A DNA stretch of 64,000 nucleotides from Okamejei kenojei. Its lineage: Eukaryota. Below the pieces are notes generated by a model. That model made no database searches, was not told the origin of the DNA, and saw nothing but the letters and a program-made list of their open reading frames with translations. This document shows, in pieces, positions 12,601 through 27,600 of the stretch. The position numbers and the translations under genes were made by a program. Position 1 is the first letter of the stretch. Every line of letters starts with the position of its first letter. The DNA is taken from the NCBI GenBank assembly GCA_035221665.1, contig CM069143.1, positions 55,552,001 to 55,616,000 of the forward strand, written 5' to 3'.

Positions 12601-15600
12601 TAAGTAACTTTGATTTTCCAGGTCCATGTTTTTTTTTGTTTATTTTATTAGAAACTAATACAGTACAAAACAATACAGTGGCACCTAATTTTAGGTGCCA
12701 ACTATGTCATAACGTAATACATTCTATGTACAATCTCTAGTTTTATGTTTTTGAAAAGGAAATTAAAAAAAGACAAGAGAGAGAGAGAAGAAAAAGAGGA
12801 AAAATAGATAGTAGAAAATAGAAAGACGTGAAGTGTGTATATAAGAAAAGAAAAAGTAGAAGTAGGAGAAAAAGACCCTTAAAAAAGAAAATGTTCAAAT
12901 CTTTGTTCGGAGATGTAATTCTACCCACGACCTGACCTGAAATCAGTAATCTTTACGGTACTACATCACAGGATTCCAAAAAGTCGATGTCTATTAGGCG
13001 GTGTCTCATTTCTTCAAGGTGAGCTTATGTCCGTCATATTACTAATCCACATTTCAATAGTTGGTGTAGCTGTATTTTTCCAAAATTTAAATATCAATAT
13101 TCAGTCTTCTTGCTAGAATCTTTGCTAAAATTTTCTGATCCGTGTTTAGAAGTGATATAGCTCCGGAAGAACCCGGTTTCTCTAAGTCTTTATTTTTTTT
13201 GGTGTAAGCGTTATTCTGCTAAAGTTTCTGGTAGTTTATTTTCGTTATAAGCCTGCATGTGTAAGTTGAATAATCTTGGTACAATTGACTCCTGAAATTG
13301 TTTATAAAATTAATTGCTAAAACCATCTGGTCCTGGGGTCTTCCCATTTTTTCAATGAGTTTATTGTTTGTTTTATTTCTTCACTAGTAATCCGTGCTAC
13401 TAATTCCTCTTGTTCTGAACTATCCAATTTAGGGATGTTGCAATTATCTAAACAAATTGTAATTTTACTATCATCTGTATTTATTTTAGTTGTGTATAAA
13501 TTATGATAAAATTGGGCAAACCTTTTATTAATATCCTTTGGTAGTATTAGAAGCTCGCCCTTATCAGATTTAATTTTAGTGATAGTATTTTCCTTTTCTT
13601 GCCTCGCTAATAATTTATGTGGCTTATCCCCAAATTCGAAGTGTGTCTGTTTTGTAATTTGTAATAGTCTTATTACAGGTCCATGTTTTAATGTGCAAAT
13701 GTTCAAACGATCAAGTGATGTGGATTGTTATAAAATGGATAATGCCCAGTTACTCCTTTATTAACTGGTCTCAATTGGTGTTGTAAACTGGTTTGGATGT
13801 TTTGTCAGTAACGGGGAGACAAATTATTTCCCGATCTTGCAGAGGAGCGACCTATTTAAAATCAGCTGCAAAGCAAATGATAATGAGGTAGATTAGGTTA
13901 TTTTAATTCTACCAGAAACCATTGATAGAAGATCAGGTGTTGTTGATTAATTTACCTCAGTTTGACTGTCTCAAGAGTTTGTCAATAACTAGTGTTGGTT
14001 GTCAGTATGTAGATATATAAAGTACCTAGGCTGTGTGAGGCGGACAAGGGATCGCAGGCTCCGATGGTATGTCCACGGCCCTGCGGTAGGGCTCAAAGTC
14101 AGTCTCAATTTAGGCTGCCAGCTCCATGATCTTAGGCTGCATAGCGACCCGAGATAAGATCCGGAAAACACTCACATCTCTGGCAAGGTAAGTTCAAGTT
14201 CACATTTATTGTCACATGCACTAATTGGTACAGTGAAATTTGAGTTGCCATACAGCCTTACGAATAAAAAGAAAACAATACACAATAGAATTTAACATAA
14301 ACATCCACCACAGCGGAATCAACGTTCCTCGCTGTGATGGAAGGCAATAAAGTCACTCTTTATTGGTCTGGGCCTTTGAACCCTCCGCAGTCGCCGCTAC
14401 GGACAGCCTGATGTACAGGCCCTCTCGCCGGGATGATCGAAATGCCGGCGTCGGGATGGATCGGAACACGCTCAGCGTCTTGGAATTTCCGAATCAACCG
14501 CGGCTACCGAAGTCCACAGGCCGAGTCGACGGAGCTCCACACTGGCGATCCTCGGCAAAAGATCTCAGGACTCTGCGATGTTAAAGTCATCGTCGTGCCT
14601 GCGGCTAGAAGCTCCACAGTCCACGGTGTTAGAAGTCAACAGGAACACTCTGGAGCTCCAACATTGGCGATCCTCGACAGGATCCCAGGCTACGATGTTA
14701 ATTCAGCGCTGAAACCAGGTGGGGGAGACGGTTTAGTCACCGACTATCCGACTGGAGCAGGTAGCACGGGATTACATGGTACCCGGGGGGGGGGTGTCAC
14801 TCCCCCCGACCACATGTACATGCATTTAAGGAGATGCTACACAAGACAGGAGAAGGGAATTGTTTTGTACTGATAAATATGGATTGTTTCATGTATGGTA
14901 ATCCTAAATAGATTACATGGGGTATACAGAGCAGCAACTGGCCATACGGTATAAAGGCGAGAGAACCCCTGTTAGGATGGATTGCCTTGGATTTATCAAT
15001 GGGTGTTCTAAACTATATATTTCCAAACAAGTTTTGTTTTCATGAAAATAGATTTTTCGTGTATGTTCCATATCCTCCATGATTTGTCATGGTAACTGAA
15101 AAAAAGATACATTTTATTTTTATGGATAGCAAAATGGACTAATAACACTGGCTTTGTTTATTTGCTGTGAAACATGGATTTCCAGGAATTACGGACAGAT
15201 TGGTTTGTTTGACCCTTTGCTGGAGTTCCTTTCGTATGTGGAGCACTATCTAGACATGCTTGTGGGAAGCAGTACCCTCAGATTCCTATTACATTTTTCC
15301 CCCTTCACCTTGAACCTATGTCCGCTGGCCCTCGATTCCCCTTCTCTGGGCAAGAGACTATGCATCTACCCGGTCTATTCCTCTCATGATTTTATGTACC
15401 TCAATAAGATCAACCCTCATCCTCCGACAAACCAAACAATAGAGACAGCCTCTCCATATAGCTCAGACCCTCTAGTCCTGGCAACCTCGTTAATCTTTTC
15501 TGAATCCTTTCAAGCTTCTCTGAACCCTTTCAATCTTACGTTTTCTATAACATGGTGCCCAGAATGGGACACAATACTCCAAATGCAGTTTCATTAACAT

Positions 15601-18600
15601 CTTATACAACTGCAACATGACCTCCCAAATTATATACTCAATACTCTGACTGATGAAGGCCAATGTGCCAAAAGCCTTTTTGACCATCCTATCTACCTGC
15701 GACTCGATCTTCAAGGAACCATGCAACTGCACTCCTAGATCCCTCTGCCCTACACCCCCCCAGAGTCCTATCATTCACTGTGTTGGTCCTGCCCTGGTTA
15801 GAAGTCCCAAAATGCAACACCTCACATTTCTCTGTATTAAATTGCATCAACCATTCCTCAGCCCTCCTGGCCAATCAATCAAGATCCTGCTGCAATCTTT
15901 CACAACCATCTTCACTATCTGCAAAACCACCCACTTTTGTATCATCAGCAAACTTACTAATCTTGCCCTGTATGTTCTCATCCAAATCATTGATGTAGAT
16001 GATAAGCAGCAATGGGCCCAGCACCGAACTCTGAGGCACACCACCAGTCACAGACATTTTAAATTAGCGATCAGTCGACAATACACAATGGCCTTCTGTG
16101 TCTGAAACGGGTATATCTGATGTATCTGACACAGGTGTCAGATACATTTTAAGAACTTCAATGCCAGGACCGTTGCCAGTTGTCAGAGGCATTTCTTTAA
16201 CAGATCCTGTTATTTACTGTAATCCTCCATACAAATTAAGCCGCTGTACTTGAGGGTGTAGAGCTTATTTTCTAGTTTGAATTATCGGGTAGTTGGGCAA
16301 CTATCAATTTTACTTATAATATTCATGTTTATCTCTTTTGCCAAAATATGCTTCCTCCAAAAGTTCGATTCTCGGGTTTTGTTTGTGAGAATCTGCTGAT
16401 TTTTGTCATTGTTTTCCAATGCCATAAAAAGCGTTCATTTGGAGAGGTGATGTCTATATAATTTAATAATGCTATTCGCTTGGCTGATTAATTGGTAAAG
16501 TTATCCTTGCAAAATGAGGAGCTTTCCAGTTGGATCTGTCAAGGGAAAAGTGCAAGTGAATATGTTAGATTCTGTTTCTCAGATTTTTAACTTCCTCTGT
16601 TCTTTCATTTAAAAAAAAAATCTTGTCACCCAAAGATCTAGAAGTGCGAAATGCACATCCTGTTCGCTTCCCATTTGATATTTTGCATTTTTTTAGGGTA
16701 GTGTGCAGTCAGACTTCTGAAGATCAACGGTGGTCTGATTTTTAATAAAAAAACCGTAATCTGAAGAAGGGTCACAACTCGAAACATCACCTGTCCCTTT
16801 TTCTCCAGAGATGCAGAAATTTCAGAAATTGGTTCAATAGTATTACATTTCTCAGTTTGTTTATTATTTACATTAAAACTAGCGTCTCTAACCTAAACGA
16901 TTTTCTCTCTGTAGGTTTCCAAGACCTGTGACTGTGGAACCCTTTGACCAGTGTGATGATGAAGATGGCCTTCAAGAGAAACTTGTTCAGAAAAACCAAC
17001 ATTACCACAAGTAAGTACTAAAAGTAAATTGGTTCAGCCATTGTGTATTGTCTATTGATCCCTAATTTAAAATGTCTGTGTTTTTAAAATTAGGTCTCTT
17101 GCTTTGGACCTGCTTTTACAAAGCTGTCAATAAAATACAGATGTGTGTAATAAATTGTACATAATTGAGTGATTTGGGATATAAAACAAGTACAGCACAT
17201 TTCTTCCTTGTATGAACTTTTGGGAATTCTGCATGCTCCAATCCAACCAGTTATAAGTGTGACTTACCAAATGTGGTTGTGCTTGTTCCCTCATGGATTA
17301 TGTTGTATAAATTCATTTGAATAGTTATGAGCTGACACCATAGCTTCCGAATTTAGAGGCGTGGAAAGTACTCTTTGCAAAACCTCATCTGTGTCAATTT
17401 TTACAGCGACTGAGATAACACATGGCTGAATACATTATGCAATGTGTGGTAGCCTCTTATAATCCATTCCAAAGGATTCATTGTGAATAAACAGGAAGAC
17501 GAACTTGCATGTCTGCTTGTGTGGGCCATTATTTTCCTCCCATTAGTTGGTAATAGATTGGGAGGGATAGCCTTGTGTTTATGAACTGTTGGTTTCTCAA
17601 TAAAAATGGATGAAAGTGCCTTAAATGTCAAGATCAGTCTGAATCAATCTAATTTTTCTTTACTGTAAATCATTCTATGTTAATTTGAGCATTTCAGTTA
17701 CTTTTCTAATTATCTTGCATTTGGATACCTGATAATCTATGTTGATATGTTTGTATTTGGGTAAGGGTTGCAGTGGTAACTTTTATTTGTTGTCTTGTAC
17801 TGAATTATAAGTTTTTCATACCTGACAATTTTTAAGGGAACGAGAGCAGCCACCACGATTTGCCCAGCATGGGTCATTTGAGTATGAATATGCCATGAGA
17901 TGGAAAGCTCTGCTTGAAATGGAGAAACAACAACAAGAGCAAGTGGACAGGAATGTGAAAGAAGCACGTGAAAAACTAGAAGTGGAATTGGAAGCTGCAC
18001 GTCATGAACACCAAGTCATGCTGATGAGGCAAGGTATGTTGAGAAGCAACCCATACTCTCCCCTCCTGTGCTTCTAAAGGCATTGACTTATGGTAAACAG
18101 GTGAATGTGAACAATGGATACATTTTGTTATGTTTTAATTCTATTTGCCTGTGTTGTCTTCCCATTCCTCTCTCAATTTTTACTCACTTCAATGTGACTG
18201 GCTACCAGATCAAGGGCTTTGGAAATCCTGGGTTTTGGTTTAGATTGCTAACCAGGTTGTTTAATTTGTTCTGTGGCTTAAGTTATTAAAATAATTGTCA
18301 GGCTTGGTGAGGAAACATTAGCTCTATTGCCTCTTAAATGGAAAGCTTATCAATATTTATGTAATTATAACTGCAATTTGTATATTCAGAATTCTTAAGC
18401 ATTTATTCAAATCCATTTAAAATAATTCTTTAATTTGTTTCACCGGCCATTTTATGTAATGTGTTGAGTTATCACCACTGTTCTTTCAGACATTATTTTA
18501 AGAATGTATCTCAATTATTGAATCTAATGGCACTCTGTTAATTATGAGAAATGTTCATGATTGTTGAAAATCAGTTTAATGTCCCTATAATCTATTCTGC

Positions 18601-21600
18601 TCACTCCAACCGTTCCTAGTTTCCTGTGCTTAACATGTCTAATTTCATGACCTCTGATCTGCAAAAATCAATAATGCTCATCATTAGTACAGGTTGAACC
18701 AATTTTCCGGCAACCCATGGTCTGCCAACCCCTATAATCCGGACAAAATAATGAGAGCTCAGTTGAAATTCCCTGAGTGGACACACATGGCATTGAGTGG
18801 CAAATGCTCTTTCCAGTTGCAACCCTCTGCCATGAAAGAATCAATTATACTCTCAATCTTCTCTCCTAATTGCAAAGATAATACAGTAAATCCTAGTTTA
18901 AACGGCCCCCTTATTACAGATGATGGATATAGCGGTTGGACCTGCTGACCCATCTCTGGTTCGCACCGTATCCCTGGCCGTTTAGAGCCCCGGCTTTCAA
19001 CCCCGCTCCCGACTCGCAAGGTGCACCAGCAAGCACTTCTTCACCCACCAAAAGGACACAAATTGCTGGAGCAATTCAGCGGTCAAGATCTCTGGAGAAC
19101 ACGGATAGGTGACATTGGGACCCTTCCTCAAACTGATTCAGTTGGCTGAGTTACTCTAGCACTTTCTCGTTTCGAACATTTCTACCAGCAAACCTCTCTT
19201 CACCATTAATTTGGTGGTTATTTTGGCATACACAGCACAGATGCAATGTATAAAACATGCTCAATAACTCATTTTACACCAAGTACCCCTTTCGCAGTCC
19301 TTCTTGGCATGCCAATGAAGGTTGGGTCTCAGACAGATGAGCAACAAATGACCGGAACTGATATTTGTCCCAAATATGTGGAAATCAAAGGTGCTTCTCT
19401 CCTGTCCCCACGGATGCAGAAGCAGCCTTTTTATGGTAACATGGGCTGAATTGGAAGATTCCTGGGAATGTGCACCACATTGACGGTGTGGGCTTATTTG
19501 TAGGAATTGAGTGGAGACTAGAATTAATCTATTGGTGATACTAAGTATAGAGAAAGATGAACCGAGTCTGAAATGAGCATGTCCAGGACAATTATAAAAA
19601 TAAATTGTTCTTAGAATTGTATAATTTAAGCATTTTAATTAACCAAGCTTTGGTCCATAGATTTAATGAGGCGTCAAGAGGAATTGAGGCGCATGGAAGA
19701 ACTACATAATCAGGAACTGCAGAAGCGAAAACAGATGGAACTGAGGTAAAGATCTTTTTTGCATTAAATCAGGGGTCGGCAACCTGGTTCTGCATAGGGG
19801 CTAGGACGCATGTCTGTGAGTGTATGGCGGGCCACATCTATCATGTGTACACATGACTCCCGCCCCGGATGGCAGGCAACAAATCACATGTTCACATAGA
19901 TCCCGCCCCTAGTTACGGGCGCTCCTGAACATGGCGCACCGACAGACCATTGCCTTGGCTCTGTCCTGAAGGCGGTAACTGAAATACACTCCCTCGTCCC
20001 AGGCCTATCGTCAACCCCGATCCCGACAGTGAAGCCCAGACCCAGAAGGTGCGCGGCCGTGCTGGCGGCTTTGCGCAGGATGCGGTACAGCCAGAGCTCA
20101 GCAATGCTCAGCAGCTCCACCATCGCGGCCGCCAGACATGCCATGCTTACTCCACCAAAAATGCCATGCTTACCTTGTTTGACCTATATGTGACTCGAAT
20201 CTTAAGAGTGGATGACTTAATGACCTTCGAAATGATTAGTAAGTCACTCAGTACTAACATTTCTGCAACGTTTGAATTGTATTGGGCACTAAATGTGGAC
20301 ATGGTAATGTTTCCAGCATGGCGGATTTTGTAAAATGTCCCACAAAACATCAGGAAATTGCTGTCTCTATTGGGAGAATGGCCCCACAGCCAGACATCAG
20401 CCTGACATTGTCAAAGTCTCAGAATGGTATATTACAATGTACCATGACAATACCTATTTCTTGGCCCAAGAAAGGATAGACCCATCAAAGTGGCCTTCAG
20501 GTGATAGGGACTAACATTTGGAAAGCTGAACACCGAGTCGCGGTACCCACAAAGTAACGTGGCGATTATGAAAACCACCATCTTATTACCAAGTATTTTC
20601 ATCTTTTAAGCAATTAATTAGTGTTCCTCCATGTTGAATGGTCCTGTAAGGAACAAGGCCACAGATTGTACTCTGCGTAGGCTTGCAGCTCCTGTCAGCA
20701 GGCGTCCTTGAGTCGCTGCGGCCTCTGGCCCGGGAGGTACCGGAGATGACGGAAGTCTGTGGGCGGATAATTACTGGGAAAAAATACTCCTGCTTTTGGG
20801 TTACGGGCCGCATTCGGCCCGGGGGCCATAGGTTGCTGACCGCTGCATTAAATTCTTGAAATATTTCTGGAAGACCTTTCTGACAGATAAGTCATCTTGA
20901 TAGGAATTGCACATATACACCCCAATCCTTTGTTTCTGTATCCATAAAATGGATTGAATCTTTTTTTTAATTGATGCATAATATTATAGTTGAATAAATG
21001 AAGATGGCATTTGGTGATGATATGGACAAAAGATGCCAATTGTTCTGAGATCTGTTGAGCAGTTAATATAAATTGCCATGTTTGGGGTTGGAGGTGATGA
21101 GATGGTTTGCTGGCGTGATGGTGTGGGAAGCAGAAGGAGTGTTGGTTTGGAAGTGTGTGCAGTTTGAATTTGAGTAGCAGTTTGGTAAGGAAGAGTATAC
21201 AATAAACCATCTTATTGGACACACGTCTCATCCCTTTCAGAGGTATCGCACACTCGTTGCCTACTTCCTCTATGTCTTGGTGGTTATCCAATTATCTTCT
21301 GCCTGCACCTTGGGTGTAATCACCTCACTGAAACGTTTATCCATGATGTCCTCAGCATCATGGATGCTTCTGAATGATTCCAACTGCAGCTCCAGCTGTA
21401 GAATGGTCATCCACGAGGTGTAACTCAACGCAATTCCCACCGATGAGCTTTATTGGAAAACTTTGAATTTGGCATGCAATTTGAATTTACGTGACCAAGC
21501 AAATAAGTTTTTGGCTTTTAAAAAAAAAAGACAATTTGTGCCGATTTTCCATAGCATCAGCAAATTACTTATGAAAAGAATTGTTTAATGATTTTTATGC

Positions 21601-24600
21601 TGAATTAATTTCATGTGGGAAGAATACATTTGATAACCTCATGATTTATTACCGTAGACAAGAAGAAGAACGCAGAAGACGTGAGGAAGAAATACTACTT
21701 CGTCAGCGTGAGAAGGAAGAAATGATAAGAAGACAGCAGGAGAGCTTTCGAGGAAACTTTGCCGAAACTGTAAGGGTTGTGAGATACTTGGGATGATATT
21801 GTTATACTGGAGGCCAAAACTGGAATTTTAAAAAGAAATCATAGTGAAGTGTTACATTTTGCACCATTTTACCAGCTATTTTGTGCAATAAGATGCAATA
21901 TGTTAATTAAGTCGACCCGAAACATCGCCAATTCCTTCTCTCCATAGATGCTGTCTCACCCGTTGAGTTCCTCCAGCATTTTGTGTCTACCTTCGATTTT
22001 ACCAGCATCTGCAGTTCTTTCTTAAGCATGGAATGATGAGAATTGTTTTGTAACTACAATCCTATATATCTAGCCATTGAGCTGATTATGAAAAATTGAC
22101 ATGATTATACAAGTAACTATCGAATCACATACAGACCTTGCACGTTAATGTATATTCATCTTATTTACTCTACATTTATTGCCATTTTGCAGTCTATCTT
22201 TTCTTCAAGGTTTAGAATACTGGCATGACTCGTCATTTCTGAATTTGTGTTTCTCGCCTATGTCAGAACAGTAATTAAGGGAATTGCATGTCATGCGAGA
22301 ATCTTTTTCTTTCACTAAATACAGTCCACAAATTTTCCAAATGAACTGTCGCCATTCTAATTCCATCTAAATGGCCTTCAGGAGAACAAACATGCCATGG
22401 TTGCTTTGTTTGACCTATATGTGACTTGAATCTTAAGAGTGGATGACTTAATGCCCTTTGAAATGATTAGCAAGTCACTCAGTACTAACATTTCTGCTAC
22501 ATTTGAATTGTATTGGGCACCAAACGTGGACATGGTAATGTTTCCAGCATGGCGGATTTTGTAAAATGTCCCACAAACATCAGGAAATTGCTGTCTCTAT
22601 GGGGAGAATGGCCCCACAGCCAGACATCAGCCTGACATTGTCAAAGTCTCAGAATCGTATATTACAATGTACCATGACAATACCTATTTCTTGGCCCAAG
22701 AAAGGATAGACCCACCAAAGTTGGTAGTATTGTGGCCTTCAGATGATAGGGACTAACATTTGGAATCCTGAGCACCGAGTCGCGGTACCCACAAAGTAAT
22801 GTGGCGATTATGAAAACCACCATCTTGTTACCAAGTATTTTCATCTCTTAAGCGATTAATTAGTGTTCCTCCAAGTTGAATGGTCCTGTAAGGAGCAAGG
22901 CCACAGATTGTACTCTGCGTAGACTTGCAGCTCCTGTCAGCATCCCCTGCTGAAAGTGCACATTATCGGCTGACCTGCATTCCTTCATGCAATTGATTTC
23001 TTGACGGATGCACAACATTAAGGGCCTTTTTACTAACCATTTTCCGCTTAGTGAGATTTTCGAGAGTAATTGGAAGGATGAATGTGTGATCTAAGCAAAC
23101 TAAATATTTTTCTGGAATGGAAAAAAGAGCATGGCACAGGATTTTATTGTGCAAATCTTCTTATTTTTCCAGAGAGAGAATATGAGGTTGGAAGAAATGG
23201 CACAACGTGCTGGAATGGCCATGCCAGGTGAGGCTTAAAAATTAATTTAAAATGGTAGAAAGTATTTTCTTTCCGGTGTATATATTTGCTATTTTATATG
23301 AGGAGTTACTTTGAATTTTTGCAAAAGTAATAACTGGTTTATTTCAGGCATGTGATAATGCTGATGGTTCTGTTTTTCTTTTCACAAAGATTTGGAGGTA
23401 ACATAAAACAGAACTTGCAGACAGTGAAATAATGATATGGATTTGGGGGTCACTGGTGTTGAAATTCTGTAGTGTGCATCTCACTCTTTTTCTCATTTTG
23501 AAAGCTTCCCATATGACTAAAAATGGTGGCTGAGCAGTCTGTCAGATTGAAGAACTAGTCAGTGTGGTTGAGATGTAGTCAGCTAACTGAATCTGTACTG
23601 CCTATCAGCCACCGATTTATACTAATTCTATTTTTAAATAATTCTTCCCACATTTTCCCTTTATCTCAATCGTTCCAAATACTGCCCACCCGCATCCATT
23701 ATTCTACCACTCGCTCACACACTATGGGTAATTTACAGTGGGTACTTAAAACTCCAAAGCTGCATATCTGAAATAAGGGAGCAGACTGGAGTGCCATTGC
23801 AGCACCACTCCTGTAACAATAGAAACCCATAAGTTCATAGGTGAATGCAATCTCCACGTAGACATCACCAGAGGTCACGATTGAACGTGGGATCATCGGT
23901 GCTGTGAAGCAGCAGCTTTACTAATGCTGCTGTGCCACTATTCTCAAACAAAGTTTAAAATAAATTATTTCAGATTTTAAGTTGGACTTCAATATGGTTA
24001 AGAAAGTTAAATACTTTCTAACATATTATTTATCTGAGAATTAGCATCTGTATAAGTATTATGCTCCCGAAAAGGCAATTGCTAAAAGGTAACTAGAATG
24101 CCGCATGCCATTTTAAAAGTCTGCTTTCACCTTGTGCAAAATTTTTTTGAGTACATTCTGAAAATATCGGAAATTCATCGATCACCAGTTTCGGAGCTCA
24201 TACTGGAGATAGTTATGAAACAGTTCCTGTGTTAACATTTATGGAAATAACTATGCATGTGTAGAGGTTGCTGTTGTTGCAACTGCCGTATCCAAATGGT
24301 TTGTGTTTGTATGCATGCTTTTTATTACATTAGTTTTGGATTTAGTGGGTTTTTTTCAGTTTCATTGCACACAAAGTTGACACTTCATGGTTTTAAATTG
24401 ATTTTGTTAGACCATTTCTTTTAAGAGAACGAAAAATTTCTTGGACTGGCTTATAGTAGTACTGCAGTTCTTAACTGTGAGTTTGCTGTCTCTACTATTG
24501 AGGCATTCCAGGACTAGCTGCACCTCCCGTCAAGCTGTTCCAGAACAGTAAGAACGCTGGCACTGATCCGACAATGGAAAATTGCCCAGGTATGTCACAC

Positions 24601-27600
24601 CGACAGAAGACAAATCCAGTTCTGGCTAAATACTGCTCAATGAGTCCGTTCTTAGTATATCAGCAATATAATGGACGATATTGTTGACAGTTAGTCATTC
24701 ACTAATAATTTGCTCACTATTGCTCAGTTTAGAATTTGGCGGAACCACTTGACTCTGGACCTCAACATCCTTGGTCCAAAGATCAAGGCAAATTTTGTCA
24801 GTGTGCCCTAAATGTGACCTGGTACACTTGAATGTAGTGGGCTAATGGCGAAAGCGCTCCACTGGTTGGATTTGCAACATATGCAAAGGATGATTTTGGA
24901 AATTGATGATGGTCAATCATGGCAGTCCCGAGATGTCACTCCAGGAGTTTTTCGGGATAGTTGCTGAGGTTCTTCAGCTGGTTCTTTTAATGATTTTCGT
25001 CTTATAGACAGAAGCGCAGACGTGTGATGATTAAAGTGTTTTATTCATTCACAACTGCATAAAATGAAACAGTTGATGCTTATTTGTACCATGACCTAAA
25101 TATTTAGGCAAGGGCTTTCATTTCTTTTGTTTAATTTATTTTCTGGAGTGCCACTGGCAAGCATGTGTATTGCCCATCCCAAATTGGCCGCATTTGAATA
25201 GCTGCAGACCTTCTGGTGAATATACTTGTACCGTATTGTTGGAAGCTGGTTCAGGATTTTGAATGAGAAGAAGGTGAAGGTGATATATTTCTAATTTGGG
25301 TATATCTGCAACTTGGGAGGAAACATGCAGGTATTTTCCCATGTACCACAAACCCGTGTCTCTTTCGTTGTTAGAGGTTGCAGGCTTGTGATGCTGTTGT
25401 ACATCCTGGGTGAGTCACTGCAGTCCATATTTTTTATGCGTTAGAAATAACATTTGCAATACTGGTGATGGGGTTATGAATGTTCAATATCATATTTGGA
25501 AAATCAGTCATGTAAGTTGCTTGGGCCTCAATGCTGTCAGGCATCATGAGAGTTGTCTTGATTATTTGAACGAGAGGACCGGAAGAAGCAGTGAAACGTG
25601 GTTGGGCCTTGAATCTTAACCTGTGGAACTTGTGCAGTGGGCTGGGACGTTGCAATCCAACAAACGATAACCATTTTCTTTTGTGTGAGCTATGGCTCTG
25701 GCCATTGGAGACCTTCCCCCTTGGTGCCCATTGACTTCTGTTTTACCAATGGATGCCACGTGATTAAATGCTGGCTTATTAATCACATTCTTTCTCACCT
25801 CTGGAGTTCGGTTCTTTGATGATGCATAGAGCTAAATGGTTCTGTCTTGAAAACCCAAACTGGGTGTCAGTGAGCCGTGAATTGGTGGACAAATGCCACC
25901 TGATAGCACTGTCAGTAACACTTACCATAGTTTTGCTGCTGATTGGATGCTTCTTGGCCAGATAGGATTAGATCTACTTTTATTGAATGTGCTAAAATAT
26001 TTTTCACTTGCGTGGATTGTACAGCTCCATTGACTTGGGTTTAACACTAAAGCAAAGCAGTTTGATTGATGAGCAGCTCTTCAATTGCCCTCAATTAAAC
26101 CAAACATTATTGTATATCATATTCTGAACTATATACAATAGTTACATACTGGGGCTACTAAGACAGCACCCTGTAAATCTGCAACTTCTGTCACCAAAAA
26201 TTTGAGTGCAACAGACAATCTGTTGTGTAATGAACTTTGGCTTTCCTTCAGGTATGATTATTACCCTGACTTCATGGACCTCGACCTTCATACCCAACAT
26301 TACTGGTCATATCTTCACCAGAGGGTAGTAGACAACCTGGATGCAAACACTCCAAAATGATTTGAGTGAGATGATGGGAAGTGTTGGTATTCCATGCAGT
26401 GACCAAGTTTTGAAAAATGTCCCAAGTCCATATATTGATTCATGTTTGCAGTCCAGAATGCAAAGAAATGCATATGGTCCAACCATTTCTACACACGGTT
26501 AATGCAGGTTTGTTAATGTGATTGTATGGTTAAAATATCGTTTTTTTTAAATAGAAGGATAGAATGTATAAATTAAAAGTGGGATTTCATCTGTTTTGTC
26601 TGATCATGAAAGCTAAGTTTGGACTTGACCTCGTATTTAGCGAGATGTCAATCATATTGTATACTTGGATTATTCTCGTCGGTTCTTTTGTGTGAATGGT
26701 TTTATTTTGAGGTTAAATTTGGCCCTTTTGAAGATTCTAAATGTGGCTTTTCCCATGAAAGAATAAATTAGAATGATCAAAATACTACAGTCCAAGTTTT
26801 TAGATTGTATTTGTTTACCAATAGGATATTGCAGTGCTAGGAGTTCTCTAAATTTTAATCTCTGCCTTATGTAGAGCAGTAGCCTTCCTGTGAATGTTTT
26901 TATCAACATTTGGGGATCCATTTGGCCTACTATATGTTTTGCTATGGACCAACTTGAGAAGACTTGGATATTTTAGGAATCTTCATTTTAGTTCCATAGA
27001 TCTTATTTGAATACATATTACAGTATATTAAAATGACTGCTTTTGTTGGTTTTAGGAAAGCAGAATAATATCTTCCTTTCCTGTGAAATAACTTGTCTTC
27101 ATTGAAACTAACAGCTAAGCCTTTATATCCCCAATATTCATCCTGTGCAGTTTGGTTGTAAGCTTGGAATCAATTTTAATGAAAGGATGAATTTAGAACA
27201 TTCAAAATTTGACTATTAAAGTATTCTTTCCAGTGTTCCTTCCAGTATTGAATTGCAGTGGCAGTCTAGGAATGTGAAGCTCTAAATATGTTGCATGTTT
27301 TCCTCTGCACTTTTATGTTTTTAGTTTTCTTATTCCATGTTCCTGTTTTGTGGAAATCATTCAAATATATTTAAATTGTGCAATGTTCATTTAGAATGGC
27401 AGTGCTTGGAATTTGTTTTAATTTTGTTTTTCTGCATCTATTCATTTTAGTGGGACTATCTGCAGTTGATTTCTCAAATCTTAAAGCAGGTATGTAATTT
27501 TTAAATTTCATATAATTTGCACCTCTTTAGTTGCTGAAATGATCCCAAAATAGAATTGTTGAATGGAGATAATAAATCAGTGCAATCGCAATCTCAAGAC

